DNA of 64,000 bases from Ramazzottius varieornatus (taxonomy: Eukaryota > Animalia > Tardigrada): positions 879,226 through 943,225 of the forward strand of contig BDGG01000013.1 of assembly GCA_001949185.1 (NCBI GenBank), written 5' to 3'. Both the position numbers and the translations under genes were made by a program. Shown here in pieces: positions 13,601 to 25,219 of the stretch. The number at the start of each line of letters is the position of its first letter. Positions within the stretch are counted from its first letter, which is position 1. The notes under the pieces were generated by a model. It did not search any database and was not told the origin of the DNA. It saw only the letters and a program-made list of their open reading frames with translations.

Positions 13601-15461
13601 TTCAAGCCAAACACATAGTCTCGCTACCATATCTTAAGGTCAGTCTTCATTCAGCTCAAGGCCAAGTTGCGAGATGAGTTCCCAAGAAAGAAAGAGTACC
13701 TAATAAAGTAATGACCGAAGTGTGTTCCGTACTTCCGTTTGGGGCGGACGGGTTCCCAGAGTGCACTTTTCTCAACCGGCGCATACGTGGTCGAGCGCAT
13801 GCTGTGCGCCCGTACATAGGTGGCTGATGAACGCGCAGAATTTTGGACTTAAAGTGTTCAGACGATTAAATTTCATCCTTAGTTGACTGATCTCGTCAGC
13901 ACTGGCCACTGTCAACCTTCCTCATCTCTCCTCGCTCTTTCCCAAAATCTTTCAAACGTTGTCAAACTTCGAAGAAGTCTGGGGGAACAACCCATTGACA
14001 GAAACGCAGACTTTGCTGCGCTGGATGCTGTTCTCTTGTTGCGGGATTCTACGTCTTTCGGATGTTGCTGGCTGCACCCGGCGGTAAGCAAAGCTCGATT
14101 AACTTTTTGAGCTGTCCGCTGGGCGCTGACGCCAACTAGGGATACCCAAGAAGATTTCGTTGTCAGACCTCAGCCAAGAGGATGTTTAGCATTTAGTTGC
14201 TGTTTGAGCACCTGTTTATTCGAACAGACTGAAAGCAGGGAACGAAAGCCTTCCCTTCCGATAGTTTTTGTTTCCAAACGCACCAAAGAAGCATGGGATT
14301 GTTCTTTAGCTGTTTGAATCTGTTGCGAACACAGGATATCAATCTTCCCGCGAAAGTCCAACGCTCCATACTGCAGTGGACATCGAAAGCTAAATTGATG
14401 CGTAACTGAATGTTTTAGTCTTCAGGTGGGCAGCTGACATCAGGACGAAGCCACCATCCAGCTGAACGAGACAGGATCAGGCGAGAGCGGCGGAAAGAGC
14501 TGTGGTTCTGGGAAGGGTGGCCGGAAGTCTAGGCTAAACGGGATAACTGAGTAGGCGTGAAAATGAACATAAGACAACTTATGATGTGTTTCCAATTGAC
14601 GCGACTGACTGTCAGACTGTCATGTCGGACCACCATCTGACATGACAGCAGTGTTGAACAAGTACTACCTGGAAGTACAGGTACTGGTGGCTGAGGCTTA
14701 GGTACTGGAAAAGTATTACCTAGGTATCACCGGTCCGATACTTAGGCCTGAGCTATGGGTACCTGTACTTTACCTGAAAAGTAATACCGACACTTTGTTA
14801 CCACACCCGGCCACCGACTTGGTCCGATCTTTCGACCAAAGACCGAACCAAGTCGGTCGTGTCGATCATCACTCCGGGTGGACCCAATCATCAATCCGAG
14901 TCCATCCCGACCATCAATCAGGGTGAGCCGGATTATCAGAAATCAATGAAGGTCAATCGAAGAATCAACTAAACAAGAATTCAAACGTCAGCAACAAAAA
15001 AGTTCAGGCAATCAATCGAAGAAGAAATTCAACGCCCATTCGATCAATCAAGCATTCAAATGCAGGTTTTGATTGATTAATTGGCTGGACCAAAACACAC
15101 ATGTGCTGTGCACACACGTGCAATTTGGTAGACTCGTAGTACATATTGCTACTAACACCCAGGATCCCCTAGTGCGGTGTACACCGAGCCTATGATTTTC
15201 TTTTCTTGGGTTCTGGTTGCAGACGCAGTGAGAGTTATGGTTACCTGGTCTGGGCCATCTGGTGGTCTCATACGACCAGGCGGTCCGATTGATTCGCTGC
15301 AAGGTCAGACAAGGACGAGAACCTTTTTTGCAACGGTACTAAAACAGCAAATATGCTTTGTTAGTTAAGTTCTCCAGGTCTTCTTACACTAGGTTGATCG
15401 CAAAGCACTCGCCCAGAATCACTATGGTTCGCTGCGTTGCCCAGATTCGCCCAGAATCACT

Positions 15462-16565
15462 ATGGTTCGCTGCGTTGTCTTACTTTTTGTGGCTTTTTCT
15501 GCTCAGCTGGTGGGCAGTGTTCCGGTTGTCCCAAGGCAGAACAGGCTGGAGGAAGTGGGTCAGCCCATCATGCAGCCGGAAGATCTCTTTGAGGGAGACA
15601 TGATGGGCATCGACTTGGAACTTCTTAAGACGCCTGAAGGAATGGTGACTTCCTACTTATTCTCTCAGAATCTCTCTGGCAACCCTACAAAGCGCGTCGT
15701 TTCCGATTTCGCACGACTTTCATTTATTGACGTCCGTGAAATTTTTCGCAGGCCGAATTACGTAAAGTTCGTAAAGGCTGATGTTCTGCCAGAACCAACT
15801 TACATGCTGGCAGACTACGTTCCAGCTGGAGATGATCCATTCGAGTTCGACATTTCAGAGTAAAATTGTCCTTACCGTTTGGCTGTCATTGATTGTTGAT
15901 AAAGCAGTAAAGCATCTGTAATTTCCGGTCGGACATCATTTACTGTGCACGTGGTCAAGTGCGCGACAATTTGGTAGCACTACAGTAATACCGCGTGGAG
16001 ACACTATTGCTTTCAGAACGTAACCCTAGCACACACAATAAAGCAATCAAGTCTGGAAACGAGTCGGGAAGATTTTCCGACACTGTGCATACACCGAAGA
16101 ATGTCAAATTAATGTCCTATAAATACCCTATCTACCACTCGAAAGGGAATGTTTGACAAAAATTCGACTACACATCCGTAAATCGGACGCTTCTCCTTCA
16201 TTTTCCACGGAGAAAAAGCTTGCTGTGGATCATATCTCTCCGTAGTACGCCCGACACCCTTTCTGCTCGATTTAGCGACCACCTGGTCAAAGCTGCCGGA
16301 TCAAGCCAAATCATGCCACTGAAGCAGTGAGGGGTTCGGGCATGCTTTCGCAGGCCAGTGAGGGTCACAAGTCGTGTGTAGTTCCCTGAGCAATCAGTAA
16401 AGAACTACCGATTCTAACTAGCTACAATTTTGCTCTTTTTACAGGTTGCCTCTATAACGGAATTGTTGTCCACGAGCTTTTGCACGCTGTTGGCTTTCTT
16501 CATGAACCGTCGCGCACTGATCGTGACATCTACGTTGACATAAACTGGAACAACATCAAAAAAAG
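15462..16565 (+). pseudogene. Astacin (M12A) metalloprotease, truncated/degenerate
   Basis: Signal peptide and pro-peptide LFEGDMMG. Exon from 16445 reads [38 protein letters not shown] (HExxHxxGFxHExxRxDRD). No Met-turn exon found; middle exons are disrupted. Confidence 0.82.
15948..15987. repeat. Solo end of the MITE family seen at 28745-28898
   Basis: cacgtggtcaagtgcgcgacaatttggtagcactacagta nearly identical to 28861-28900. Confidence 0.7.
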
Positions 16566-17128
16566 CAAGACGACGTTGCCATGAAAAGTCGCCGCATTTA
16601 AAATAGGAGGAGTTGTGCACGCGCTGGGTATAAGTGCAGCTAATGACTTGCCCGTGCACACGTTGAGTCATTAAACTGAGCTGTGACTCATATAGCCCGT
16701 ACCACTCAAGCGTCTCCTCGATCGAGTCGCGCATCCTGTTGGCTTACGGTTCCTTTTATTGCGCCACTGCACCATTACTCACTGCTCTAGTGAACTCGCG
16801 CACCGAGAAGGCTTGAGCAGTCTTCAAAGTCTAAAACATTCACCCGTTAACCTGCGTAGGGCCTCCCGATTCAATTCGACATTGCTGTAAGGGGACCGTT
16901 TTAATTACGAAAAGGGTTATATGTGTGAGAAGAAACTAACCTCGTAAATATTCCGCCATCAATAGCACTTCACAGGTGAAACCAGCTTATTTTATAGCAA
17001 AATAACGAAAAAAATCCGACTCTGGTGATATGACAAATTCAAAGATTTTCGAACTGTAGACAATATACGCGGATGAACTAAAACGGAAAGGCAACAATTT
17101 TTCGGTGGTACAACAGAACAAAAGCTAG

Positions 17129-17676
17129 TTAGGAAGAAAATCGACCTTTAGGCTTCCTGAAATTCGGCGGCAGCTTGGCCTTTCCTCCCTTCTTGCGGTC
17201 TCCACTACCAGCCGAGGCTTTCTCACCCTTGTCCTGAGCCATGGCCGAGTCTCCAGTCTTCTTGGGTAGAAGCGTACGTGCGATGTAGGTCAAGACACCA
17301 CTTTGAGCGATGGTCACTCCATATACAAGCTTGTTCAACTGCAAGTTGAACAAGGGTAAATATTAGAACAAATCCGGTCAACCGTTAGACCGGGTATATG
17401 TTGATTGAACTGAAACTAGCCTACCTCTTCGTCGTTCCGGATGGCGAGCTGCAAATGACGGGGAATGATGCGAGACTTCTTGTTGTCGCGAGCAGCGTTT
17501 CCAGCCAACTCCAGGACTTCGGCAGCGAGGTACTCAAGGACAGCAGCCAGGTAGACGGGAGCACCAGCAGCAACCTGTTCAGCGTAGTTTCTTTTGCGGA
17601 GCGTTCTGGATCGATCAACGGGCAACTGCAGTCCAGCGCGGCTGGATCGGGACTTGCCTTCTCCGCGTCCACTCAG
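17129..17676 (-). pseudogene. H2A: Histone H2A, intron-containing, with extended basic C-terminal tail; probable pseudogene
   Basis: SGRG...[12 protein letters not shown]...[47 protein letters not shown] | LNKLVYGVTIAQSGVL...LLPKKT. Intron ~17339-17424. Start codon position is CTG, and the VGRIHRLL segment is shortened. Confidence 0.85.
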
Positions 17677-17925
17677 GATGAACAGCGAAATAAGATCGCA
17701 CACCTAAAAGAAAAGAGCAGCAGCAACCGCGAAGAGGACAAAATTCCAAAAATTTTGAAACTAAATTTTTCATCCGCCGTTGGCAAGCTGTATGGCACAA
17801 ACCTCCACGTCACCATGCCGTACATAGGTGAAGTCAGCTGAATCATATCAGACACTGCGAACAAGTTGGTGATTTATTGATTGGTTGTTGTGATCGAGAA
17901 TAATACATTTTTTCATAGCGTGGGG

Positions 17926-17995
17926 CGACCGGCATCCGCTAAGTCCAAAGACTCACCCAGTCCTCGGCGCGTGCAGCCGCCAGTCGGAGAGGACC
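17926..17995 (-). ncRNA. Candidate HDV-like self-cleaving ribozyme
   Basis: Minus strand: P1 GGTCCTC/GAGGACT (G1-U wobble), P2 CGACTGGC/GCCGGTCG, P3 GGC/GCC, L3 TGCACGC, GG(G) for P1.1, P4 TGAGTC-TTTG-GACTTA, J4/2 GCGGA(T) containing the catalytic C. Elements are in canonical nested double-pseudoknot order. Confidence 0.72.
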
Positions 17996-18141
17996 ATGCC
18001 GCCGGTGCACCCTTTACACAATATTTCTATATTAAATTTAAATTCACTACCTACAGCACCGGCGCCCGGGTGGGACCAGAGAACTCTTGCACTTTGTTCG
18101 GATCAGAGTGCATAAGTTTTCCAGATCCACCCGAAAGGTAA

Positions 18142-18272
18142 GGCTTTCGCCCCTCCTTTCCTAGAGCTCAGCTTTCGCTGAACCCTTGATTGTTCTTTCT
18201 GTGGGGCAGGGCTTTCGCCCATCCCTTTTGCAATGTTCAACTTTCTTTGAATTTCATTCCTTCTGTGGGGGC
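18142..18272 (-). repeat. Two ~68-bp imperfect tandem repeats carrying GC-stem GAAA tetraloop hairpins
   Basis: Plus strand ggctttcgcc (18142), tcagctttcgctga (18168), gggctttcgccc (18209); ttctgtgggg occurs twice. Confidence 0.6.
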
Positions 18273-18302
18273 CTATGATTTGATAAGTCTGTTTGCAGTA
18301 GT

Positions 18303-19885
18303 CTAAAATAGGATAAAAAAGTCAGTACACTCTTTAAATATAAAACGCCTGATCACATCGTTAGAGGACCTGTCTCTAACATTAAAGCAAAACGACATTA
18401 AACACGCTATGTTCTTCTCAGTCAGCTGACCTCGCCTCGGTCCAAGAAACGTATTCATATAGCTGAAACCTCTTTCTACCTCAACTGAATTAACGGTTAA
18501 CCAGATGTTGAGTAACGCCACCTTTGAGAGGTTCGGAAATTCCACCGTCATTTCCTTCCAGTAACCACCTAAGTCGACGATCTCTGGCTTGTGATGTTTC
18601 GGGTGCTCTTTAATCATCCTGATGTAATCTGCCCACTCATCTGATGTCACTTCTTTCACACATTTCAAATGACCTTTCCAACGTTCTATATCTGTATGAC
18701 TGAGGCCTGAAAGCTTGTTCCTGAAGGCGATCGGACTAAAAATCTGAACGGCTTCAAGGAAGCTGGCACCAGGGTGGCGAAACATTGGATCCGTGCTTGT
18801 GAGATTCGAAAGTCTCTTCGAAGCCTTCATCAGCGCTGTTCTGAACTCTGCAAAGTCTTTGTGGACATTGTTCCACATATGTGCAAAACAAGTCATGTAG
18901 GTCGCGTTGGGAATGACTTTCCTCAAGTACAGATTGAAGGCCCTTCTGTTAGCTGAATGTCCATCGCAGACGAATTCAACGCAGTTGCTGGGTTCGAACT
19001 TATAGAAAGCCATGACGTACTTCATGAGACGAGCTATGTAATTCCCATCAATGGACTGTGTTTGAAAATCAAGATCGATGAGCATTCCCCTGGCTGACCC
19101 TTCTAAGATGATGACGGTGGACATGCAGTGCTTATGGGCAACCTTGGAAGCATCTACAGACAAAGTGAACTTATGCCTGAAAACAAACATAAGTAAGGGG
19201 CCGCCAAGATGCAACCATCACGGTTACCTTTGAACAAAACTCTTCGGCGTTCTATCTCTCCCTGGGCAAGCTTTGGTATATAATTTTTTCGTATAGTTTT
19301 GGCTTTCGGTATGCAGCCGCCACCTTCCATAAACGTGTGTAGGAAGTCTTGAAAATTGTTGCTGATCTCGAAAGCGTGACCAGTTTTCGCAAGAGAACGA
19401 ACCCAGCTTTCGATGATGGTTTGATTGGCCTTCTTTGGACGCATGGACCGCAAGGGCTCAACCGGATTTTTCTGTCGCTGTGCTACCATTGTCTGATGTT
19501 TCTTGGAAGCCTGGTGTCGAAGTATGGTCGCTGGAGATCTGAGAAGCACGAACATATTGCAATGCTCACAGAAAGCCTTTGATTTAGCTGGTGCTGATCG
19601 CTCAGGAGACTCCTCTTTCTGCGTTGAGATGTAGTTCGCGACATTCGCGTCATGTTTGGATGTTTTACAATGCCTCGTGACGGCGTAAGGCTGGAAGTAT
19701 TCCGTTACTTTGATCGTCTTTCCGCATGGCTTGCAGAACAAGTTCTGCTTACGCGGCGTCATATCCAATAAAACTCTGCAGGGATAATTTTCAAGGTACT
19801 CACGAGCTTTGCTTCTAGGCTCCTTTTGAGGCGTATTGTGAGGATCTGATGGCGAGCCCGTGATATCAGTTAATGCGCAAATCTA
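18303..19885 (-). mobile_element. hAT transposase of CGGBP1-like type, degenerate
   Basis: N-terminal zinc fingers LFCKPCGK...RHCKTSKH and AFCEHC...RHQASKKH; TLSVDAS, FVCDGHSAN, CFAH (CxxH); hATC dimerization region YWKEMTVEFPNLSKVALL...NSVEVERGFS. Probable intron 19177-19227 rejoins one base out of frame; TRW region appears deleted. Confidence 0.85.
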
Positions 19886-20119
19886 AAACAATATATTTGT
19901 CGGAAGAGACTGTGGGTAGTTTTCAAGACCTTACTGTTCGAGGTTCCCAGCAGAAATGAGTAATAGTTTCGTCACAGTTCACACACTGGTATGTGCAAGG
20001 AGTTGGGTGGCTGGAACTGGTTGCTGAGATCTTCCTTTTCTTAGGCTGCAAAACATTCGTGACTGTATGTAACAATACTGAGTCACCAACCATCCGCACA
20101 TACTGTCCGCCGTACATTA

Positions 20120-20740
20120 TTAATTATGGTTGCGCTTAAAAGAAGCGTAAACAACATCGCGGACCATATGAGCAAACAGAATCTTAGGCTTCTGCTCCAA
20201 AGGCCCGTTTCTCACTTGTTGAAGATGGACACCATCCATACCGGGCTGGAGCCCGGTAAGAATGAATTCACCCCCGAAACTCTCAATTAAGTCTCGCAAA
20301 TGAACATTGTACCGAGCGACAATGTGGTTGATCCGATCCGCCTTGTAACTGCTACCGACTGGCCCATACGCTGCGGTAACGGGGAAGATATCCGTGGCGA
20401 AAAGAGAGTTAAACTTGTGGCGATACTCCACAAGGAAGTCTCTTAGAGGTCTCATCATGAAGGTCAAATGGCGCTCCCACTCCTGATTTGTGAGGTGGAA
20501 GTGAGATGGATGGTTGTAGTGTTCGATAATATCATTTATGCCGAAAATGAAGATAACCGCCCGCTGGCCTACTCCCATGTCCAGGTATCTTTTTGTGAGG
20601 AAAATGGTTTCGTATGAGCCGCCTCCCGACCAACTGCTAACGAACACCGTGGACCCATCAATGCGGTTCATCTTGTATATTGATGGGCGCGCACGGGAGT
20701 CCCCAATTGCTAAAATCTGGTCCCCCGAAGTCCCATGCTC
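20120..20740 (-). CDS. SGNH/GDSL hydrolase-like ORF (5' end appears frameshifted)
   Basis: Reading upstream of the ORF-track Met gives ILAIGDSRAR (block I), then SWSGGG (block II), FIFGINDI (block III), MDGVHL (block V). Intronless. Confidence 0.72.
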   Translation of the reverse strand, partial: EHGTSGDQILAIGDSRARPSIYKMNRIDGSTVFVSSWSGGGSYETIFLTKRYLDMGVGQRAVIFIFGINDIIEHYNHPSHFHLTNQEWERHLTFMMRPLRDFLVEYRHKFNSLFATDIFPVTAAYGPVGSSYKADRINHIVARYNVHLRDLIESFGGEFILTGLQPGMDGVHLQQVRNGPLEQKPKILFAHMVRDVVYASFKRNHN

Positions 20741-21286
20741 GGCTCATTTTACGGTCTTGGTCTAACCTTTCACCGTGACTTCTTGAAGAATGGGGTCAGC
20801 TTCATACTGGTCTACATAGGGAAGCGTCTTGTAGACCGTATGAGCAACCACATAATATTCCCCCATCCAATGACCTAACATTGGGATATTGTCGGCCGGA
20901 AGACCAAAGGGCGGAAGGATGGTTTGATGATTCTGCAATTTCATTAGAATTACGTTCTTCAGTAGCCCTTTGGAGCACCCGAAATACAAGATACGGGCAC
21001 GTCTGCTGAACTTTTGGCTATTGGGAATTTGTCAAAAATTTGCGGCGGATTAAAGTTTTAAATATGTTCCGTTGGCTGACACGACGAATTCCGACCGCCG
21101 ACTTGGTGTATGGCCAAAAGTTTCACAGCATTAAGCGCCCCCGACAACATTACCATTACTTACTGCAGGTGGAGTAGGCATCATAAAATGATCACTGTAG
21201 AAAGACACAATAAATAGTTTTTTCCCGACTGTTTACTCGTGTCTGTTATGGTAGACCAGGTGGTGAAGGGCATGACATGATACAAC

Positions 21287-21622
21287 TTATGCCAAGCTTG
21301 GTTCGTCAATTGCTACTTTTTTTTCTATTTGGATGTTGATACTGACGTCACGCTCTGTACCGTATGACCTACCACGACAGGAGAAACAAATAGAGTTGCA
21401 TATTGCCAAGGCTTCCGAGGATATTTGATCGTACTGGTCCAAGACTCCTCGATTGTCTCTGCAAAAGAAACATATGGGATGAATATTGCAAAGAACCCGA
21501 ATGTGGAAGCTAGGCGAACAAACTGGACAAGATTTTTTTCCCAAGTGACGCATGTATTCAATATTATTACTGCCCGGAAGCGTGCGCCAAATGGGAAAAC
21601 GATTTTGTTCCTTCCAACCCAA
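21287..21622 (-). CDS. Cys-rich ORF of unknown function (possible zinc finger)
   Basis: CPVC...LCNIHPICFFC...ICNSICFSC, three CxxC pairs; co-oriented with the SGNH and hAT ORFs. Confidence 0.4.
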   Translation of the reverse strand: MGWKEQNRFPIWRTLPGSNNIEYMRHLGKKSCPVCSPSFHIRVLCNIHPICFFCRDNRGVLDQYDQISSEALAICNSICFSCRGRSYGTERDVSINIQIEKKVAIDEPSLA

Positions 21623-24600
21623 AATGACCCAAAATGACTTACAAACTGGCAGGGACTAAATGATCTCCCCCTTTCGAGCTTGATGAAGTGGAATATCCGG
21701 GTTCCGTCCGGAAGAGGCTGCCTTGATGTCGAGAAGAGAGGATAGCACAGGCTATCCGGCGTGGATGGTCAGCTGAAAACAGCCGTCCCGTGGTAATACG
21801 TAACTAGCAGTCGCTCGAGAAGACACGTCAATCTGTTCCGTTCTTAGTGACAACAAGATAACGTTTCAGAAGCGCAATGACGGAAGAGGAGAATCTAAGA
21901 GGCAAACTACAGTACTGTTGTACGGGAGAAAATCTCTTCGGAAAATTTGAAATTTCCCGAAAGCGGTAAATTTTTACCAGAAACGAATCAAGGTCTCCAT
22001 GTTAGGACTTCAATCAGCCGAAGACAATGTACCAACCTGATTTACTGGACTCGAACGATGAGTGCAAGCGTGGCTCGGCTCTGAGTTCAGCGAGTGTGTG
22101 TCACGAGGTTTCACTGGCCAATGTAGCAAACCACGTGACTTCGTCTTGTGCAAATCCCATCTGTAGTTTGGCATAAGTATTCATCGTGAGAGTGAGACTG
22201 ATTTCCCATGTGTATATATATACTGACGCACACTTCCTGGCAGACTCTACACGTAGCCGCACAGGCCAGCTGTATATTTCACGTAAAAGATGACTGACAG
22301 TTTCGAATTCTGTGTTCACTCTTGCCATCCAAGATGCTTTACAGCTTCGAAAATTTGTATCATGAAGTATCCCATCATTATACGGCGGACACCACTAACT
22401 TTCAGTCAGATTTGAACATCGAATGAGACTCTTAGCGATTACTGCCATTAAGCAACATGTATCATCGAGTCTGATATAGAGAGCGAATCAGTAAAATGAC
22501 GTACTGTGTAGGCATTCTGTTGATGTCGAAGAGTAACTAGACTGCTGAAGTCCCCTCGGGGCTTATCTACTTACTGAATACATCAAATCTAATCAAATCC
22601 GCAAAAGAACAATAAAATACTTTGCGGTCTTAAGAAAAACGACACTTGAAATCAGCTGAGCTTGAAGGCCGAACTCTTAGACAGTTTTTCCATTTTTACT
22701 GAACTGACGTGCACACGACCCGGCTCCCCAGTGTCCCGAACACGCAGAGCTTCCTGCATGGTCTCGCCAAACCAACGCGTAACTTGACGGCCTTGTTGGA
22801 TGTCGTTTCGACCAAACTCAGAGCTAGGCGAGCAATTTCGAAGGGACGGAGCTCTCCGTTGTAGTTCGCTAACCCGCTTGCCTCCTGCGAACGGCTCACG
22901 ATCACTGGACGCAACGGATGACAATAAGGCGAAGCACGATGGAGTAGCAGACGATCTTCTTACGCAGAATGCTCCTCCAGCGGTTTCTATCTTGCCAACG
23001 TCGAACTCCAACAGCACCTGGTCCAACGTTCTTTTCAAATAATTCGTCACCGCAATGACGTCACTTGCTGAAGGTCGATGGATCATTTAAGCCAGGTCGA
23101 GGAAATCACACAGCATAATCGTCACGCTGTCAGAATACTCCGGCTCGATCGCACGCTTTATCCGCAGCTGCTGCACAACGATGCTGAAAGCCAGACGAAA
23201 GTTTGACTATAATGTTCATCACTGGTATTGTTTGATCGGTAGATCATACCATCATACATGGGAAGTACTGTAGCTCAGTGAGTATCCTGTCCGTTATCTG
23301 CGCCTATGCTTCGATCTCGGCGGCTCACTCGGCTGCTATGCACTCCAGATCGAATGTTTGATGTGCCATCCGTCGAACGATATGCCTGACCAAGTTGGCG
23401 AACCGTGGACGAATCTCCTCCAACCTTCTTCTCGCTGTCCTCCGTAACGCCCGTTTGTTTCGGATGGAAGCATCCCGGAAGCATGGTTGTTACTTCCTTC
23501 GGTAAAATCACCCGCTCGTCCATCTTGATTGATCCATATTCCTCAATCGACCTCAACGTATCTGATAAAACCCTGATGATTTAACTGTGTACATGTATCA
23601 GAACGATATTGAAGATATTCCTTACGGATCACGGACTAGAGTGAGTCAAGGTCTACGTCATTCGGATATTGTCCCGTCAGAATTTCATAGAGGACCACGC
23701 CCACAGCGTACACATCGCAGTTAACAGTATTGCTTAGCTGCTGGAGGGTTTGGAGATTGGCGGACCGTCGATACTGTATCACCTCACCGGGTTTCCATAT
23801 CAGTTGCATGAGTTCAGGATCCAGCACAGCGGAATCACTGGTTCTGCGTAACGATGACGAGGGCGTTGTCCTATCAGCTATCTGGCTTCCGCAGCACGGA
23901 TCCGAAAACAACGCTGTTTAGGGGGTTCGTACGGCTGAGTACAGCCGGTTGTTTGTTGATTTGGTCTCACAAAAGTCACGTGATCGTGGGAACAAATGTC
24001 CGATCTTCACAAAGACGTTTGAAATATTAAAAACAGAAGAGTGTGAAGGAAGTTGTGAATTTTTGTATGAAGGTGGGGGTGGATAGATACTTATGAGAGA
24101 CAGTGTAGGTTGTTTGACGTCGGTTCATACGATACCGCAGTCAACGGAAGGAACCACCACAGTGTCTTTGGTGCCTGCAGCCAGGAGGAACAGCAAGATG
24201 AATGTGATCACAAGACTGATAGCGATTCCTTTTCCTTCCAAGCGAATAAACCCGAACGTCGATCAAATTCTGTTCTTGATCGAGCATTGCTGCGTCGGGA
24301 GACCTACCGACTTCGGAAGTCTCGCACTGATCGTTGAGGAATCCATACGGGGGTCGGTCGGGCGGCGGGCTGTTTCTATTGACCCAGTACCACAAGTCGT
24401 TTCGGATAGGTTGAAACTCTTTCATCTCCATATCGAAAATCGTGGCTTGCTGAAACAAGACACGCACAAAATAACCCCACTTTAACCGTATCCCGATTTT
24501 GTCCGTTTTGGTCCCTCTTGGATGTAATGACGTACCGCCATCGATTCAGTCATGGGGTCTTGACGCAACACGACGACCGGATTGATTTTCGACCCACTAC

Positions 24601-25219
24601 CGTCGGTCGTGTAATTCCGGTCGGCGAAAGAGAATGTAAGATTCGCAAACTTGGTCATCAGGGATGTGGTGGTCCAGCCCGAAAGTATGGCTCGATGATT
24701 CTCAGCAAACACCTTCAGAATAACCAAGGTAAAGCATAACGTAAGAGGTTATCATTCTCCTGGAGAGAGGAAAAAGTCACTTTTGGTTTTTCGACTTTCG
24801 GATGAATGTTACGAGATCGTCAAAGCGGGAGAAAGTCGGAAGTCTCGCCTATCGTACCTTGTCCTCTGGGGAATACTTGATGTTGTAATATGCCGTGGCG
24901 GTCCTGGCGATGCTCTTTGTGAGCTGTCTGATCCGACTCCACGTCGGTGTGATACCCGTCAGAATGATCAAAGACCGATAGGCTTGACGCGTTATCTGAA
25001 AATTAGGGGGCGCTCTTTCCCGTTGTTAATTTGGGAGCGAACTTCGGAACGGAAATTAATCCACAGGGAAATAATGCAATTATCCTTGTTGTTTTGTTCA
25101 TCGTCAGGTTGCTTCCAGGTTACGTCCTGTATACCGGGTCTCCGTGTTGGCTGAACGGACACAAAAACCTAAAATCAAACCAACAGAATGGGGCGGAAAG
25201 TCAAAAATTTCACTTACAA

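Noticed and set aside
11900-13700. Scattered minus-strand ORF fragments
   Set aside because: No recognisable domain or consistent exon structure.
14649-14796. aggtac/aagtac-rich imperfect inverted repeat beginning cagtgttg
   Set aside because: Possibly an old MITE, but termini match poorly and no TSD is visible.
20120-20740. Bacterial contamination or horizontal transfer as the explanation for the intronless SGNH ORF
   Set aside because: It is contiguous with a eukaryotic hAT transposase carrying splice signals, and no bacterial operon features are seen. Origin cannot be settled without a phylogeny.
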